Shown in pieces: positions 1 to 8,572 of a DNA stretch of 32,000 nucleotides; within the stretch, counting starts at the first letter, position 1, and each line of letters opens with the position of its first letter. A program made the translations under genes and the position numbers. A model generated the notes under the pieces. It was not told where the DNA came from. It was given only the letters and a program-made list of their open reading frames with translations, and ran no database searches. Source of the DNA: Geotalea daltonii FRC-32 (lineage in GTDB: Bacteria; Desulfobacterota; Desulfuromonadia; Geobacterales; Geobacteraceae); the NCBI RefSeq assembly GCF_000022265.1, contig NC_011979.1, positions 3,720,001-3,752,000 on the forward strand, written 5' to 3'.

Positions 1-574
1 GCATTACCTGAAGCATATTTCGCCCTGCGACCAAATTACCACCACGTCCCATAAGCATTCCGGCCATATGACCAAACCAGGGGAGGGCGTCGGGACGTTT
101 CGACAAAGCATAGAACTCCTCAGCAGCCTTGGCATAGTCTGACATGTAATAGTAATAGTTAACAGCCTTGAAGAAACCTAGATACATGACATCCGGCTTA
201 GTGGCAATACCGCGATCAAGTATTTTATTGGCACGCTCAGCATAATCGGCGGAAATCGGAGCAAGAAAAGACTCGCAGTAATGATAAGGATCAATAAAAT
301 CAGGATATAACTCTGTCATCACATCGAAATTCTGAGCCATGCTGTCGGCATAGCTCATTTTATCAACGCCTTTAAGAGGCCCCCCGGTAAAAACGGCAAT
401 TTTAACAAAAAGACCGAATGCTGCCAGTTGCTGGGCATAACCGGTGGCAACCTTCAGTACTGGAGCTGGTGGAGCAGGCGAAAGATAACTGTCGATCCAT
501 TCGCCTTTGCCCTTTTGCAGGCTCCACACCACCAGATAAAGCATCAGCAAAATGGTTGCAACAACGCGTTTCAT
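1..574 (-). CDS. hypothetical membrane-anchored protein, 3'-truncated by the window edge (first 191 codons present)
   Basis: It is absent from the ORF track because it runs off the window. Hand translation of the minus strand from the ATG at 574-572 gives MKRVVATILLMLYLVVWSLQKGKGEWIDSYLSPAPPAPVLKVATGYAQQ...YYYYMSDYAKAAEEFYALSKRPDALPWFGHMAGMLMGRGGNLVAGRNMLQVM, open to nt 2 with no stop. The ATG overlaps the stop of the upstream permease (ATGA at 571-574). There is a single N-terminal hydrophobic segment. Confidence 0.55.
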   Translation of the reverse strand, partial: MKRVVATILLMLYLVVWSLQKGKGEWIDSYLSPAPPAPVLKVATGYAQQLAAFGLFVKIAVFTGGPLKGVDKMSYADSMAQNFDVMTELYPDFIDPYHYCESFLAPISADYAERANKILDRGIATKPDVMYLGFFKAVNYYYYMSDYAKAAEEFYALSKRPDALPWFGHMAGMLMGRGGNLVAGRNMLQVM

Positions 575-1380
575 TTCAGATCCCGCCGATTATAGATACC
601 AGCAGCAAACGTCAGCACTAGAGCACAATACAAAATAACGTAGGCAAGATTTAGTGACAAGGTTGAAGCGGGGGGCCATTTACCTGCGGCGACTATAAGC
701 CCTTTGTAGTCGAATCGGGAAAAATTTGGGAAGATCATGGTTAATCCGATCAAAAGCTTGCGGATCAACTGCGAGTCACCCTTAAAAAATTCAATGGCTA
801 CTGGAAGACCGTTACAGATGAGATAATAAGAAAGCGTGACCAGCAAAACAGTAAAACTGCCGCGTATCAACCCCGAAATAAGAACGATCGCACTAAGGGC
901 CATTGCTTCGATACTGAGAACACCGCACCAGGACAGCACGTATTCAGCCCCGCCAAGGCGAGCGAAATATGCTTTACCAACCCAGGATTTTATCAGTACC
1001 AGCACGCCATAACCAGTCAGGCTGAGAAGAACGTTTAGCAGCAACAGGAGAAATAGAAGACCAATAAAAACACCGATAACGTATTCCGTACGGGAAATTG
1101 GATGGGCGAGCAAGGTATGAATGACTCGTCTGTCCTCTCCCCACCCCATCACCTGCACCGCGTGAAAGAAAAGGAAAAGCATTCCGGCACACCATCCAGT
1201 GATCACAACAAAGTCCGTTGTAACTCGGCCGATATCCCGTGGTACAAAGGCAAAGAAAAAAAGGCCGCTCACCTCTATGCCCAAGGCAAGCAGGACTAAG
1301 CCCAAGAGTGCGTTGCGTCGCAGTCCATCAACCAATATGAGTCGAGAAAGTGCAAAAATCCTTTTGAATATCGTTCTCAT
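571..1380 (-). CDS. ABC-2 type transporter permease (multi-pass membrane protein)
   Basis: The 269-aa ORF is strongly hydrophobic with about 6 predicted TM segments. It has a 4-nt overlap with the ABC ATPase upstream (1377-1380) and with the next gene downstream. This is the typical ATPase/ABC-2 permease pairing. Confidence 0.75.
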   Translation of the reverse strand: MRTIFKRIFALSRLILVDGLRRNALLGLVLLALGIEVSGLFFFAFVPRDIGRVTTDFVVITGWCAGMLFLFFHAVQVMGWGEDRRVIHTLLAHPISRTEYVIGVFIGLLFLLLLLNVLLSLTGYGVLVLIKSWVGKAYFARLGGAEYVLSWCGVLSIEAMALSAIVLISGLIRGSFTVLLVTLSYYLICNGLPVAIEFFKGDSQLIRKLLIGLTMIFPNFSRFDYKGLIVAAGKWPPASTLSLNLAYVILYCALVLTFAAGIYNRRDLK

Positions 1381-2135
1381 GATTGTGTCACCTCTATGGC
1401 GTGAAGAAAACCGTCTACTATAGAGGTTGTCCCAAAGGCCATTGACAGTTCCGAAGGCGTGCCTTCAAAACGTTTCTCACCTTTGTGAAGTATTAGCAGT
1501 CGATCTGCCAGTCGATCCACGTCCTCAAGTATATGGGTACAAAAGAGTATCGTCTTGCCTTGACCTTTGAGGTCCTGGATTAATCTGCCGATGCTCGCCC
1601 GACCTATCGGGTCAAGGCCGCTCATGGGTTCATCAAGGATAAGCAGGGAGGGATCATGAACCAACGCCAGCACAAAGCTGGCACGCTGCTGCATTCCCTT
1701 AGAATAGGTACGGATGGGACGTTTGCGCGCATCCCATAGTTCCAGCGCCCTGAGCCATCTTTCGGATTGCTCTGCGAGAACGGTTTTCGGCAGGTCATGA
1801 GCAGCACCGACAAAACGAAGCATATCGAGGATTGTCAAACTGGCAGGGAAGCTAGCGATCTCAGGAAGATAACCAATATCGTGACGCAGCGAACTCTTAT
1901 CAGGCGAGCGGCCATTCAGTGTGATTACGCCCTGGGATGGGCGTATAAAATCCATGATCAAGCGGATGCAGGTACTCTTGCCTGCGCCGTTGGCACCGAT
2001 GAGCCCTAGGGTTTCTCCCTGTCGGACGGAAAAAGTAACGCCCCGCAGTGCAGGCTGGGAAACTGAACCCAGTTCTCGTTCATAGGTCTTCCAGACCTCG
2101 ACGAAGGAAATACTATCAACCATGAAATTCCCCAC
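1377..2135 (-). CDS. ABC transporter ATP-binding protein
   Basis: Motifs seen are Walker A GANGAGKST, signature YSKGMQQR, Walker B LLILDEP and H-loop CTHIL. The track start at 2135 is a GTG. An ATG at 2123 (MVDSISFVEVW...) preceded by GGGGA is an equally likely start. Confidence 0.9.
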   Translation of the reverse strand: MGNFMVDSISFVEVWKTYERELGSVSQPALRGVTFSVRQGETLGLIGANGAGKSTCIRLIMDFIRPSQGVITLNGRSPDKSSLRHDIGYLPEIASFPASLTILDMLRFVGAAHDLPKTVLAEQSERWLRALELWDARKRPIRTYSKGMQQRASFVLALVHDPSLLILDEPMSGLDPIGRASIGRLIQDLKGQGKTILFCTHILEDVDRLADRLLILHKGEKRFEGTPSELSMAFGTTSIVDGFLHAIEVTQS

Positions 2136-2158
2136 ATCTTATCTCTTGATTTTTTACT

Positions 2159-2193
2159 AAAAAACAGGACGTCGGCCAATCGCCGACGCCCTG
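2159..2193 (-). terminator. rho-independent terminator downstream of pilA
   Basis: On the minus-strand RNA, CAGGGCGUCGGC-GAUUG-GCCGACGUCCUG forms a 12-bp GC-rich stem (one G.U) with a 5-nt loop (2165-2176 / 2182-2193), followed by U6 (plus-strand A-run 2159-2164). It begins 26 nt after the pilA stop. Confidence 0.8.
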
Positions 2194-2219
2194 TTTTTTT
2201 TCAAGTTACATAGTGATTA

Positions 2220-2876
2220 TTATTTGGCAGCCCAGTTGCCGGCGGGGAGACCAGGTCCAGCAACACCAGAGAAGTCGTCACCTGTTGTTGATGCGGGAAG
2301 GACACCAGCTCCAAGTGCAGGAATTGGTGTTCCTTCGGAGCCGGCAGCTGCCTTCATGTAGATGGCAGTGGTGTCACCGTCAACGCCGAAGTAGGTGTTG
2401 CCTGTAACATGCTTGGAAACCGCGGTAAAGGTAGTATTGGCGAGAATAGCAGCAGCGGCGAGATTGGTACCAGCCACTATATCGACATTGTTACCCAAGG
2501 GAATTTGGATACCTCTGGTCGCACCATTCGCATCTGTAGCGCTGATAGACGGGATAAAAGCACCACCAGCGGGATTTCCTGTTGGTCCAAGCAACATAAT
2601 ACCAGGACCACCGGCCCAAGCTAGGAACACTGGTGGAGCAGGTGCAACAGGCGCTGCTATGAACTGGGTTGCGCCAAAGACTTGTGCATCTCCGAAGAGA
2701 GCGGCCTCTGAGGTGGCCAAACCACGTACATCACTCTGAGCCGAGGCGTTGAAACCACGGGCACGGTAGGCAGAAAACTGCGGAATGGCAATGGCTGCCA
2801 AGATGCCGATGATCGCTACGACGATCAAGAGCTCAATCAGGGTAAAGCCTTCTTTGTTTCTTAACTTGTTTAACAT
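2220..2876 (-). CDS. pilA: type IV major pilin PilA, full length (218-aa precursor, 208-aa mature)
   Basis: The protein starts with the leader MLNKLRNKEG followed by FTLIELLIVVAIIGILAAIAIPQFSAYR, which is the class III signal/prepilin peptidase site G|F with Glu5. ATG start. It lies immediately downstream of pilS-pilR. The C-terminal ~150 aa are Gly/Ala/Thr/Pro-rich with no Cys. Confidence 0.92.
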   Translation of the reverse strand: MLNKLRNKEGFTLIELLIVVAIIGILAAIAIPQFSAYRARGFNASAQSDVRGLATSEAALFGDAQVFGATQFIAAPVAPAPPVFLAWAGGPGIMLLGPTGNPAGGAFIPSISATDANGATRGIQIPLGNNVDIVAGTNLAAAAILANTTFTAVSKHVTGNTYFGVDGDTTAIYMKAAAGSEGTPIPALGAGVLPASTTGDDFSGVAGPGLPAGNWAAK

Positions 2877-2969
2877 TTTCTTCTCCTTTCCCTTTGGGAT
2901 TGTTGCTGGACATGAACCTGCCAGGAATTATCCCGGCACATCAGGCAGCTATAAATTTTACTACTGCTG

Positions 2970-2988
2970 CTGCTAAAGATGTACCAAT
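2970..2988 (-). promoter_or_regulatory. candidate sigma54 (-24/-12) promoter of pilA
   Basis: The minus strand reads TTGGTAC-ATCTT-TAGCAG. GG-N10-GC spacing is exact, against the consensus TGGCAC-N5-TTGCW with 2 mismatches. It sits ~95 nt upstream of the pilA ATG, and the adjacent gene encodes the sigma54 activator PilR. Confidence 0.4.
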
Positions 2989-3051
2989 TGTTCACAGAAA
3001 CATATATGTTGTAATTTCAAGGTGTTAATTTATAACTGCTTACCCTCTCAA

Positions 3052-3065
3052 TGCCAAACATGGCA
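3052..3065. promoter_or_regulatory. dyad TGCCA-N4-TGGCA, possible PilR upstream activating site
   Basis: A perfect 5-bp inverted repeat is centred ~75 bp upstream of the candidate -24 element. No binding consensus was checked. Confidence 0.2.
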
Positions 3066-3131
3066 AAATGAAACATTTTACAGCTCCCAGAGTGACATTT
3101 TTCGTCAACTGCGTCAAGGCAATATTTGTCA

Positions 3132-4505
3132 TTATTCCTCATCCATTCCGAATTTAGCCAAGCGATAACGGAAGGATCTAAAGGTCAATCCAAGGAGGGA
3201 CGCCGCCTTGGTTTTAACCCCGTTGCTCTTTGTGAGGGCTTGCGTTAGAAACCGTTTCTCAATACTATCTAGATGGGCCTCAAGGTTAATACCTTCAGCA
3301 GAAAATTCAATATCGCCAGCAGCGGGCTCTGTCCTCTTATCGTTCAGCACCTGGCACGGCAAGGATACTTCAGTGATTGTCGTGTTTCCCAATACAAGAC
3401 ACCGCTCTACCAAGTTTTCCAATTCCCGAACATTTCCGGGGAAAGAGTAGTTCATGAGGGCCTTCAGAGCTTCTGGCGAGATGGCCCCAGCAGTGTCCGC
3501 GGATTGAGTAAGTTTGAAGTAAAAATGTTCCACGAGCGGCAGGATATCCTCTGTTCGTTCGCGCAATGGCGGCATGTTCACAGGCACTACATTTAATCGG
3601 TAGAACAGATCCTCGCGAAAAGAACCTTCTCTCACCTGCTGCTCCATATCACGGTTAGAAGCCGCTATTATTCTGACATCAGCCTTTAAGGCCGTTGCCC
3701 CTCCGACACGTCGATACTCCCGCTCTTGCAGGACACGCAGTAGCTTGGCCTGCAACTGCAGAGGTAGTTCCCCTATTTCGTCGAGAAAAAGCGTGCCGCC
3801 TTCCGCCTGCTCGAACAGGCCTGCTCTATCAGCTATGGCCCCAGTAAAGGAGCCTTTTTTATGTCCGAAGAGTTCAGCCTCAATGAGTGTTTCTGGAATG
3901 GCCCCGCAATTGACGGCAACAAAAGGCTTGCCGCTACGGGAGCTGTTGTAATGGATTGCCTTTGCCACAAGCTCTTTGCCTGTGCCGCTTTCACCTAAAA
4001 TCAAAACATTAACTGTACTGGATGAAACCTTCTCGATCAGGTCATACAGTTCCCGCATTTTTTTGCTCTTGCCGATCAGACCACTGAAACCGTAGAGTTC
4101 CTGCACTTCGTGTTTCAATCGGCGGTTTTCCTTCTGCAGGCTGCTCTTCTCCAGAGCATTTTTTACCAGCACCTTCACTTCTTCAACTTTGAAAGGCTTG
4201 GCAATATAGTCATAGGCCCCTAGTTTCATTGCCTCCACTGCCTGCTCTGCCGTAGTATAGGCAGTAATCATTAAAACTGCCGTCTCAGGAGTAGTGCTCT
4301 TGATTCGCTCCAGGAGCTCCATCCCGTTAAGTCCAGGCATATTTACATCGGAAATAACCAGATCAAAGCCGCTGCTCTGAAGGAGACTTAAAGCGCAGGC
4401 AGCACTCTCACATTGTTGGACAGCGTACCCTTCTCTCTCAAGCAAGATCACGAGAAACTCTCGCATGCTCTGTTCATCATCAACAACCATGATAGTTGCA
4501 GCCAT
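3132..4505 (-). CDS. pilR: sigma54-dependent response regulator PilR (receiver + AAA+ + Fis-type HTH)
   Basis: The receiver has DLVISDVNMPGLNG. The AAA+ module has Walker A GESGTGKE, the sigma54-contact loop GSFTGA and Walker B TLFLDEIGE. The C-terminal HTH is KTKAASLLGLTFRSFRYRLAKFG. It is positioned between pilS and pilA. Confidence 0.9.
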   Translation of the reverse strand: MAATIMVVDDEQSMREFLVILLEREGYAVQQCESAACALSLLQSSGFDLVISDVNMPGLNGMELLERIKSTTPETAVLMITAYTTAEQAVEAMKLGAYDYIAKPFKVEEVKVLVKNALEKSSLQKENRRLKHEVQELYGFSGLIGKSKKMRELYDLIEKVSSSTVNVLILGESGTGKELVAKAIHYNSSRSGKPFVAVNCGAIPETLIEAELFGHKKGSFTGAIADRAGLFEQAEGGTLFLDEIGELPLQLQAKLLRVLQEREYRRVGGATALKADVRIIAASNRDMEQQVREGSFREDLFYRLNVVPVNMPPLRERTEDILPLVEHFYFKLTQSADTAGAISPEALKALMNYSFPGNVRELENLVERCLVLGNTTITEVSLPCQVLNDKRTEPAAGDIEFSAEGINLEAHLDSIEKRFLTQALTKSNGVKTKAASLLGLTFRSFRYRLAKFGMDEE

Positions 4506-4523
4506 ATTAATCCCCGCTATTCT

Positions 4524-6179
4524 TTATTTCTGCCGTTCCCCTACAGATTGGGGTAAGAAAACAGTAAATCTGGTACCTTGGTCTTGCTTACTGTCCACTA
4601 GGATAATCCCGCCATGGCTTTCAATGATTCTATATACCGTAGCCAAACCAAGGCCGGTACCATTAGCCTTGGTGGTAAAAAAAGGTTCGAAAACATTTTT
4701 TACATCCTGGGGGTTCATGCCCATACCGTTGTCTATAACCTCGATCTTTATCAGGTCACCGACAGAAATCCCGCTTGCCATATCACTGATAACTTCTGCT
4801 CTAACAGATATTTCGCCGCCACCAGGCATGGCTTCAGCTGCATTGACCAATAAATTCCAGAATACTTGTTTGCATTGCTGGAGATCAAAATCTATTTTTG
4901 TCCGTTTCGGAATGTGCATGTCTACGGAAATGCCTGTAAATCTATGATCAGCCTTCAGCAAAGATGTAAGGTCCTGGATTAATAATGCAAGATCTAAATG
5001 GATTTTTGCAGGAGGAGTGGGACGCGCATATTCAAGAAAATCTCGAATCAGCTCATTTAACCGATCTGTCTCACGCAGAACGATGCCAAGCAGTTGTTTG
5101 TCTTTGGCACAGGTGGCATCGCTCTGAGCAATTAATTGTACAGCACCGCTTATGGAAGCCAGTGGATTTCTTATTTCGTGGGCCATACGGGCAGAGAGCT
5201 CCCCGACGGCTGCAAGCCGATCAGCCCTTTTTAGTTTGGCTTCCATCTGCTTATACTGGGTCAGATCTTGAAAATCCAGTATGACACCCATCACAGAATC
5301 GTCTTTATCGGTCAGCGGCACAGATTTAAAGCCCAGTACCTTCTTTTTTCCAAATTTGTCGAAAAAATCAAGTTCGCCTTGTGTTGGCTCATGAAACTTT
5401 CCCATAAAAATAGCAAAATCGGGAATAATATCTACCAGTAAACGGTCATAAGCTTCATTTTGCTTGATGCCGGTCAATATCTCCGCATAAGGGTTGAAAA
5501 CCCGGATTTTGCCGGCTTCGTTTATTGTCAGAAGGCCGCTGTTGAGCGTTGAGACTATTGAGCTGTTAAGCCTTTCCAGCTCTTCATAATCCACTACTTT
5601 GTCGTGAAGAGCAGTTTCACTTACCCTTGCACGTTCGGAGAGATGGCCGGCCAGGAATGCAGTCAAATAATACGCGGCTATGTTGAGGAAAACAGTATAG
5701 AAAATATAACGAATACCATACTGTTGAGCAGGGTACTGGCTCAAACCAAAAGGAATCAAGCTTCCGAAAAATTGCAGATCAATGATGCCGCCATAGAGAA
5801 TGCCACACAACGATGCTGTATAATAGGCTTCCCTTCGAGCAAGGAAAACACTGGCATTGATGATGGAAAGAAAGTAAAGGAAAGAATAAGGGGAGTTAAT
5901 ACCGCCGGTGAAGATGAGAAGGAAAGTTACAAGGGCCAGATCCCAGATGATCTGACCATAGGTCAGTGCCTTGCTGAGTTTGTCGGAGACCTTTAAAATT
6001 AATAAGGAGACAATGGAAAAGGCATAAGTGGCAATAATTACCTTAATTAGACCATAGAAGGCTATGCCATTTATGGAATCAGGTCCATTCAGATTGAGGA
6101 TGATGGTGGAAACCAGAAAAAAGGAAACCACCACCACCCTCAAAAAAATGAACCAGAATAGCCTTTTTTTATCCGACAT
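4524..6179 (-). CDS. pilS: sensor histidine kinase PilS (polytopic membrane N-terminus, PAS, HisKA, HATPase)
   Basis: Motifs seen are H-box MAHEIRNPLASI, N-box LLVNAAEAM, G1 DNGMGM and G2 GTGLGLA, with about 6 N-terminal TM segments. The track start at 6236 is a TTG lying 56 nt inside pilC. The ATG at 6179 (MSDKKRLFWFIF...) lies 2 nt after the pilC stop and is preferred. Confidence 0.85.
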   Translation of the reverse strand: MSDKKRLFWFIFLRVVVVSFFLVSTIILNLNGPDSINGIAFYGLIKVIIATYAFSIVSLLILKVSDKLSKALTYGQIIWDLALVTFLLIFTGGINSPYSFLYFLSIINASVFLARREAYYTASLCGILYGGIIDLQFFGSLIPFGLSQYPAQQYGIRYIFYTVFLNIAAYYLTAFLAGHLSERARVSETALHDKVVDYEELERLNSSIVSTLNSGLLTINEAGKIRVFNPYAEILTGIKQNEAYDRLLVDIIPDFAIFMGKFHEPTQGELDFFDKFGKKKVLGFKSVPLTDKDDSVMGVILDFQDLTQYKQMEAKLKRADRLAAVGELSARMAHEIRNPLASISGAVQLIAQSDATCAKDKQLLGIVLRETDRLNELIRDFLEYARPTPPAKIHLDLALLIQDLTSLLKADHRFTGISVDMHIPKRTKIDFDLQQCKQVFWNLLVNAAEAMPGGGEISVRAEVISDMASGISVGDLIKIEVIDNGMGMNPQDVKNVFEPFFTTKANGTGLGLATVYRIIESHGGIILVDSKQDQGTRFTVFLPQSVGERQK

Positions 6180-6180
6180 T

Positions 6181-7416
6181 CTAACCGCCGACGGCACCGG
6201 CAAGCTTAAAGATCGGCAAGTACATTGCAACAACAAGGCCGCCTACAGTTGTGCCCAAGAAAACCATAAGCATAGGTTCCATCATTGACGTTAGAGCACC
6301 GACAGCATCATCAACTTCATCATCGTAAAAATCGGCGATTTTATTCAGCATGGCATCCATGGCGCCAGTCGCTTCACCAACGGATATCATCTGCACGACC
6401 ATTGGCGGGAATACCCCGCAGGCAGCCAGAGGCTCAGCCATGGTCTTCCCTTCGGAAATAGCCTGCCGTACATCATATATGGCTTTTTCTACTACTACGT
6501 TGCCTGCAGTTTTGGCTACGATTTCAAGACCATCCATGATTGGCACGCCACTGCTGATCATCGTTCCCAATGTTCGGGTAAATTTAGCGGTGGAAACCTT
6601 TCTGATCAGTGGGCCAATGACAGGCATTTTTAATGCCAGCTGGTCTATGACCTTACGGCCATTTACAGTTGAATAGTACTTGCTGAAGGCGACCTTTAGA
6701 GCAAAAAAAGCACCGATTATTACAATTATATATTTTTTCAGGAAACTACTAAGGGCAATGACCACCTTGGTTGGTCCAGGCAGTTCTCCGCCAAAATCAG
6801 CGAACATCTTGGCAAAGGTTGGAATAACAAAAACCAATATGACACCGACTACGATGACGGCAATGGACATAATGGTAATAGGATAGACCATTGCGCCCTT
6901 AACCTGCTTTTTCAGCTTCATGGCCTTTTCTATGTAAGCCGCAAGCCGGTTAAGAATGGTATCGAGAATACCACCCGCCTCCCCTGCAGCTACTAGATTC
7001 ACGTAAAGCTGGTCAAAGGCCTTGGGATGTTTTGAAAGGGCATCGGCAAAGGTAGAACCGCTCTCAACACTTTCCTTTACCTTGATAAGGATTTCCTTAA
7101 AAGATTTGTTTTCCTGCTGGCCAGAAAGGATTTCCAGACATTGGACCAGCGGCAGCCCGGAATCAATCATCGTGGCAAACTGACGGGTGAAGACAACAAG
7201 ATCCTTAGTCTCTATCTTTTTCCCGCCACCGGGAAATTTTATTTCGAAATTGAGACCTTTGCCGGCTTCTTTTATGGTTATGCCTGTAAAACCGAACTTC
7301 TTCAGCTGTGCTTCCACCATGGCGACATTTGGAGCCTCCATGACACCCTTTTGCGCTGATCCGGATTTGCTTCTTGCTTCCCAATCAAATTTAGGCATCT
7401 TCCCTCCCGTCTCCAT
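6181..7416 (-). CDS. pilC: type IV pilus platform/inner-membrane protein PilC (GspF family)
   Basis: The 411-aa protein has the duplicated GspF-type cytoplasmic domain plus 3 TM segments (e.g. MVYPITIMSIAVIVVGVILVFVIP, and C-terminal LVVAMYLPIFKLA). It sits between pilT and pilS. The second ATG at 7398 (MPKFDWEA...) has a GGGAGG RBS and may be the true start. Confidence 0.9.
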   Translation of the reverse strand: METGGKMPKFDWEARSKSGSAQKGVMEAPNVAMVEAQLKKFGFTGITIKEAGKGLNFEIKFPGGGKKIETKDLVVFTRQFATMIDSGLPLVQCLEILSGQQENKSFKEILIKVKESVESGSTFADALSKHPKAFDQLYVNLVAAGEAGGILDTILNRLAAYIEKAMKLKKQVKGAMVYPITIMSIAVIVVGVILVFVIPTFAKMFADFGGELPGPTKVVIALSSFLKKYIIVIIGAFFALKVAFSKYYSTVNGRKVIDQLALKMPVIGPLIRKVSTAKFTRTLGTMISSGVPIMDGLEIVAKTAGNVVVEKAIYDVRQAISEGKTMAEPLAACGVFPPMVVQMISVGEATGAMDAMLNKIADFYDDEVDDAVGALTSMMEPMLMVFLGTTVGGLVVAMYLPIFKLAGAVGG

Positions 7417-7466
7417 GACTTCTGCTCGGATCAGTCAGCACGTTTGAAGCCATTGATTTATACAAT

Positions 7467-8558
7467 TCACGATCTCCGTTGGGCATTTTGCATGGCGCCG
7501 GCAGAAATCATCTGTTTCAGTTCATCCGGCTCAGGGGATCTTCCCAAAGCATCATCAACGGATATGATACGTCTTTTATAAAGGGTGAACAGGCATTGAT
7601 TCATGGTCTGCATGCCGAACTTGTCCTGGCCTACTTGCATCTGGGAATAGATCTGATGTACTTTATCTTCCCGGATCAGGTTGCGGATGGCCGGGTTCGG
7701 CACCATTACCTCCAGGGCCAGTGCTCTACCTCCCCCGTTCATTTTTGGGATGAGGGTCTGGGACAGAACTCCTTCAAGAACGAAGGAGAGTTGCGTCCTT
7801 ACCTGGGTTTGCTGATAAGGCGGAAACACATCTATGATGCGGTTGATGGTCTGGGCACAGGAATTGGTATGGAGAGTAGCAAAACACAAATGACCTGTTT
7901 CGGCCAGGGTCAAGGCCGCTTCAATAGTTTCAAGGTCTCGCAGCTCACCGACAAGCACAATATCAGGATCCTGGCGCAACACATATTTGAGTGCATTTTT
8001 GAAGCTTTTGGTATCGGCCCCCACCTCTCTCTGGTTGACCAGACACCCCTTGTGGGGATGCAGGTACTCGATGGGGTCTTCAATGGTGATGATATGATCG
8101 TGACGGTCGGTGTTGATCTTGTCGATGATTGACGCAAGGGTGGTTGATTTGCCGCTGCCGGTAGGCCCGGTAACCAAGATCAAGCCTCTTGGCCGCTCGG
8201 ACAGGTCCTTTACGACCGGCGGCAGGCCCAGTTCCTCAAAGGTGAGAATTTTATAGGGAATGACCCTGAACACCCCGGCCACTGCGCCACGCTGGACGAA
8301 GACATTGCCCCTGAACCTTGACAGCCCTTTGACGCCAAAGGACAGATCCAGCTCGCTCTCTTCTTCGAATTTGTGTTTCTGTGCATCAGTGAGAATGCTG
8401 TAACAGAGTTGTTTTGTTTCGATGGCAGTTAGCGGAGGAAAATCCATCGGGGTGACTTTGCCGTCGATCCTTATCTGGGGTGGAGTATTGGTCGTGATGT
8501 GGAGGTCCGAACCACCTCGCTCAACCAGTTCTTTCAGTAATTGATGTAAATTAGCCAT
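7467..8558 (-). CDS. pilT: twitching-motility retraction ATPase PilT
   Basis: Motifs seen are Walker A GPTGSGKST, Walker B/Asp box IVLVGELRD, His box HLCFATLHTN and the PilT-specific AIRNLIRE motif. A GGGGGAG RBS lies upstream of the ATG. Confidence 0.92.
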   Translation of the reverse strand: MANLHQLLKELVERGGSDLHITTNTPPQIRIDGKVTPMDFPPLTAIETKQLCYSILTDAQKHKFEEESELDLSFGVKGLSRFRGNVFVQRGAVAGVFRVIPYKILTFEELGLPPVVKDLSERPRGLILVTGPTGSGKSTTLASIIDKINTDRHDHIITIEDPIEYLHPHKGCLVNQREVGADTKSFKNALKYVLRQDPDIVLVGELRDLETIEAALTLAETGHLCFATLHTNSCAQTINRIIDVFPPYQQTQVRTQLSFVLEGVLSQTLIPKMNGGGRALALEVMVPNPAIRNLIREDKVHQIYSQMQVGQDKFGMQTMNQCLFTLYKRRIISVDDALGRSPEPDELKQMISAGAMQNAQRRS

Positions 8559-8572
8559 CTTTGGATCTCCCC

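Noticed and set aside
418-621. 67-aa plus-strand ORF at the left end.
   Set aside because: It is antisense to the hand-translated truncated minus-strand CDS (1-574) and to the permease 3' end. It has no RBS and no recognisable features.
2903-2925. Second sigma54-like string upstream of pilA (minus strand CCTGGCAGGTTCATGTCCAGCAA).
   Set aside because: With TGGCAG as the -24 element, the -12 position falls on TC rather than GC. The only register with GG-N10-GC uses CAGGTT as the -24 element, which is a poor match. The 2970-2988 candidate is clearly better.
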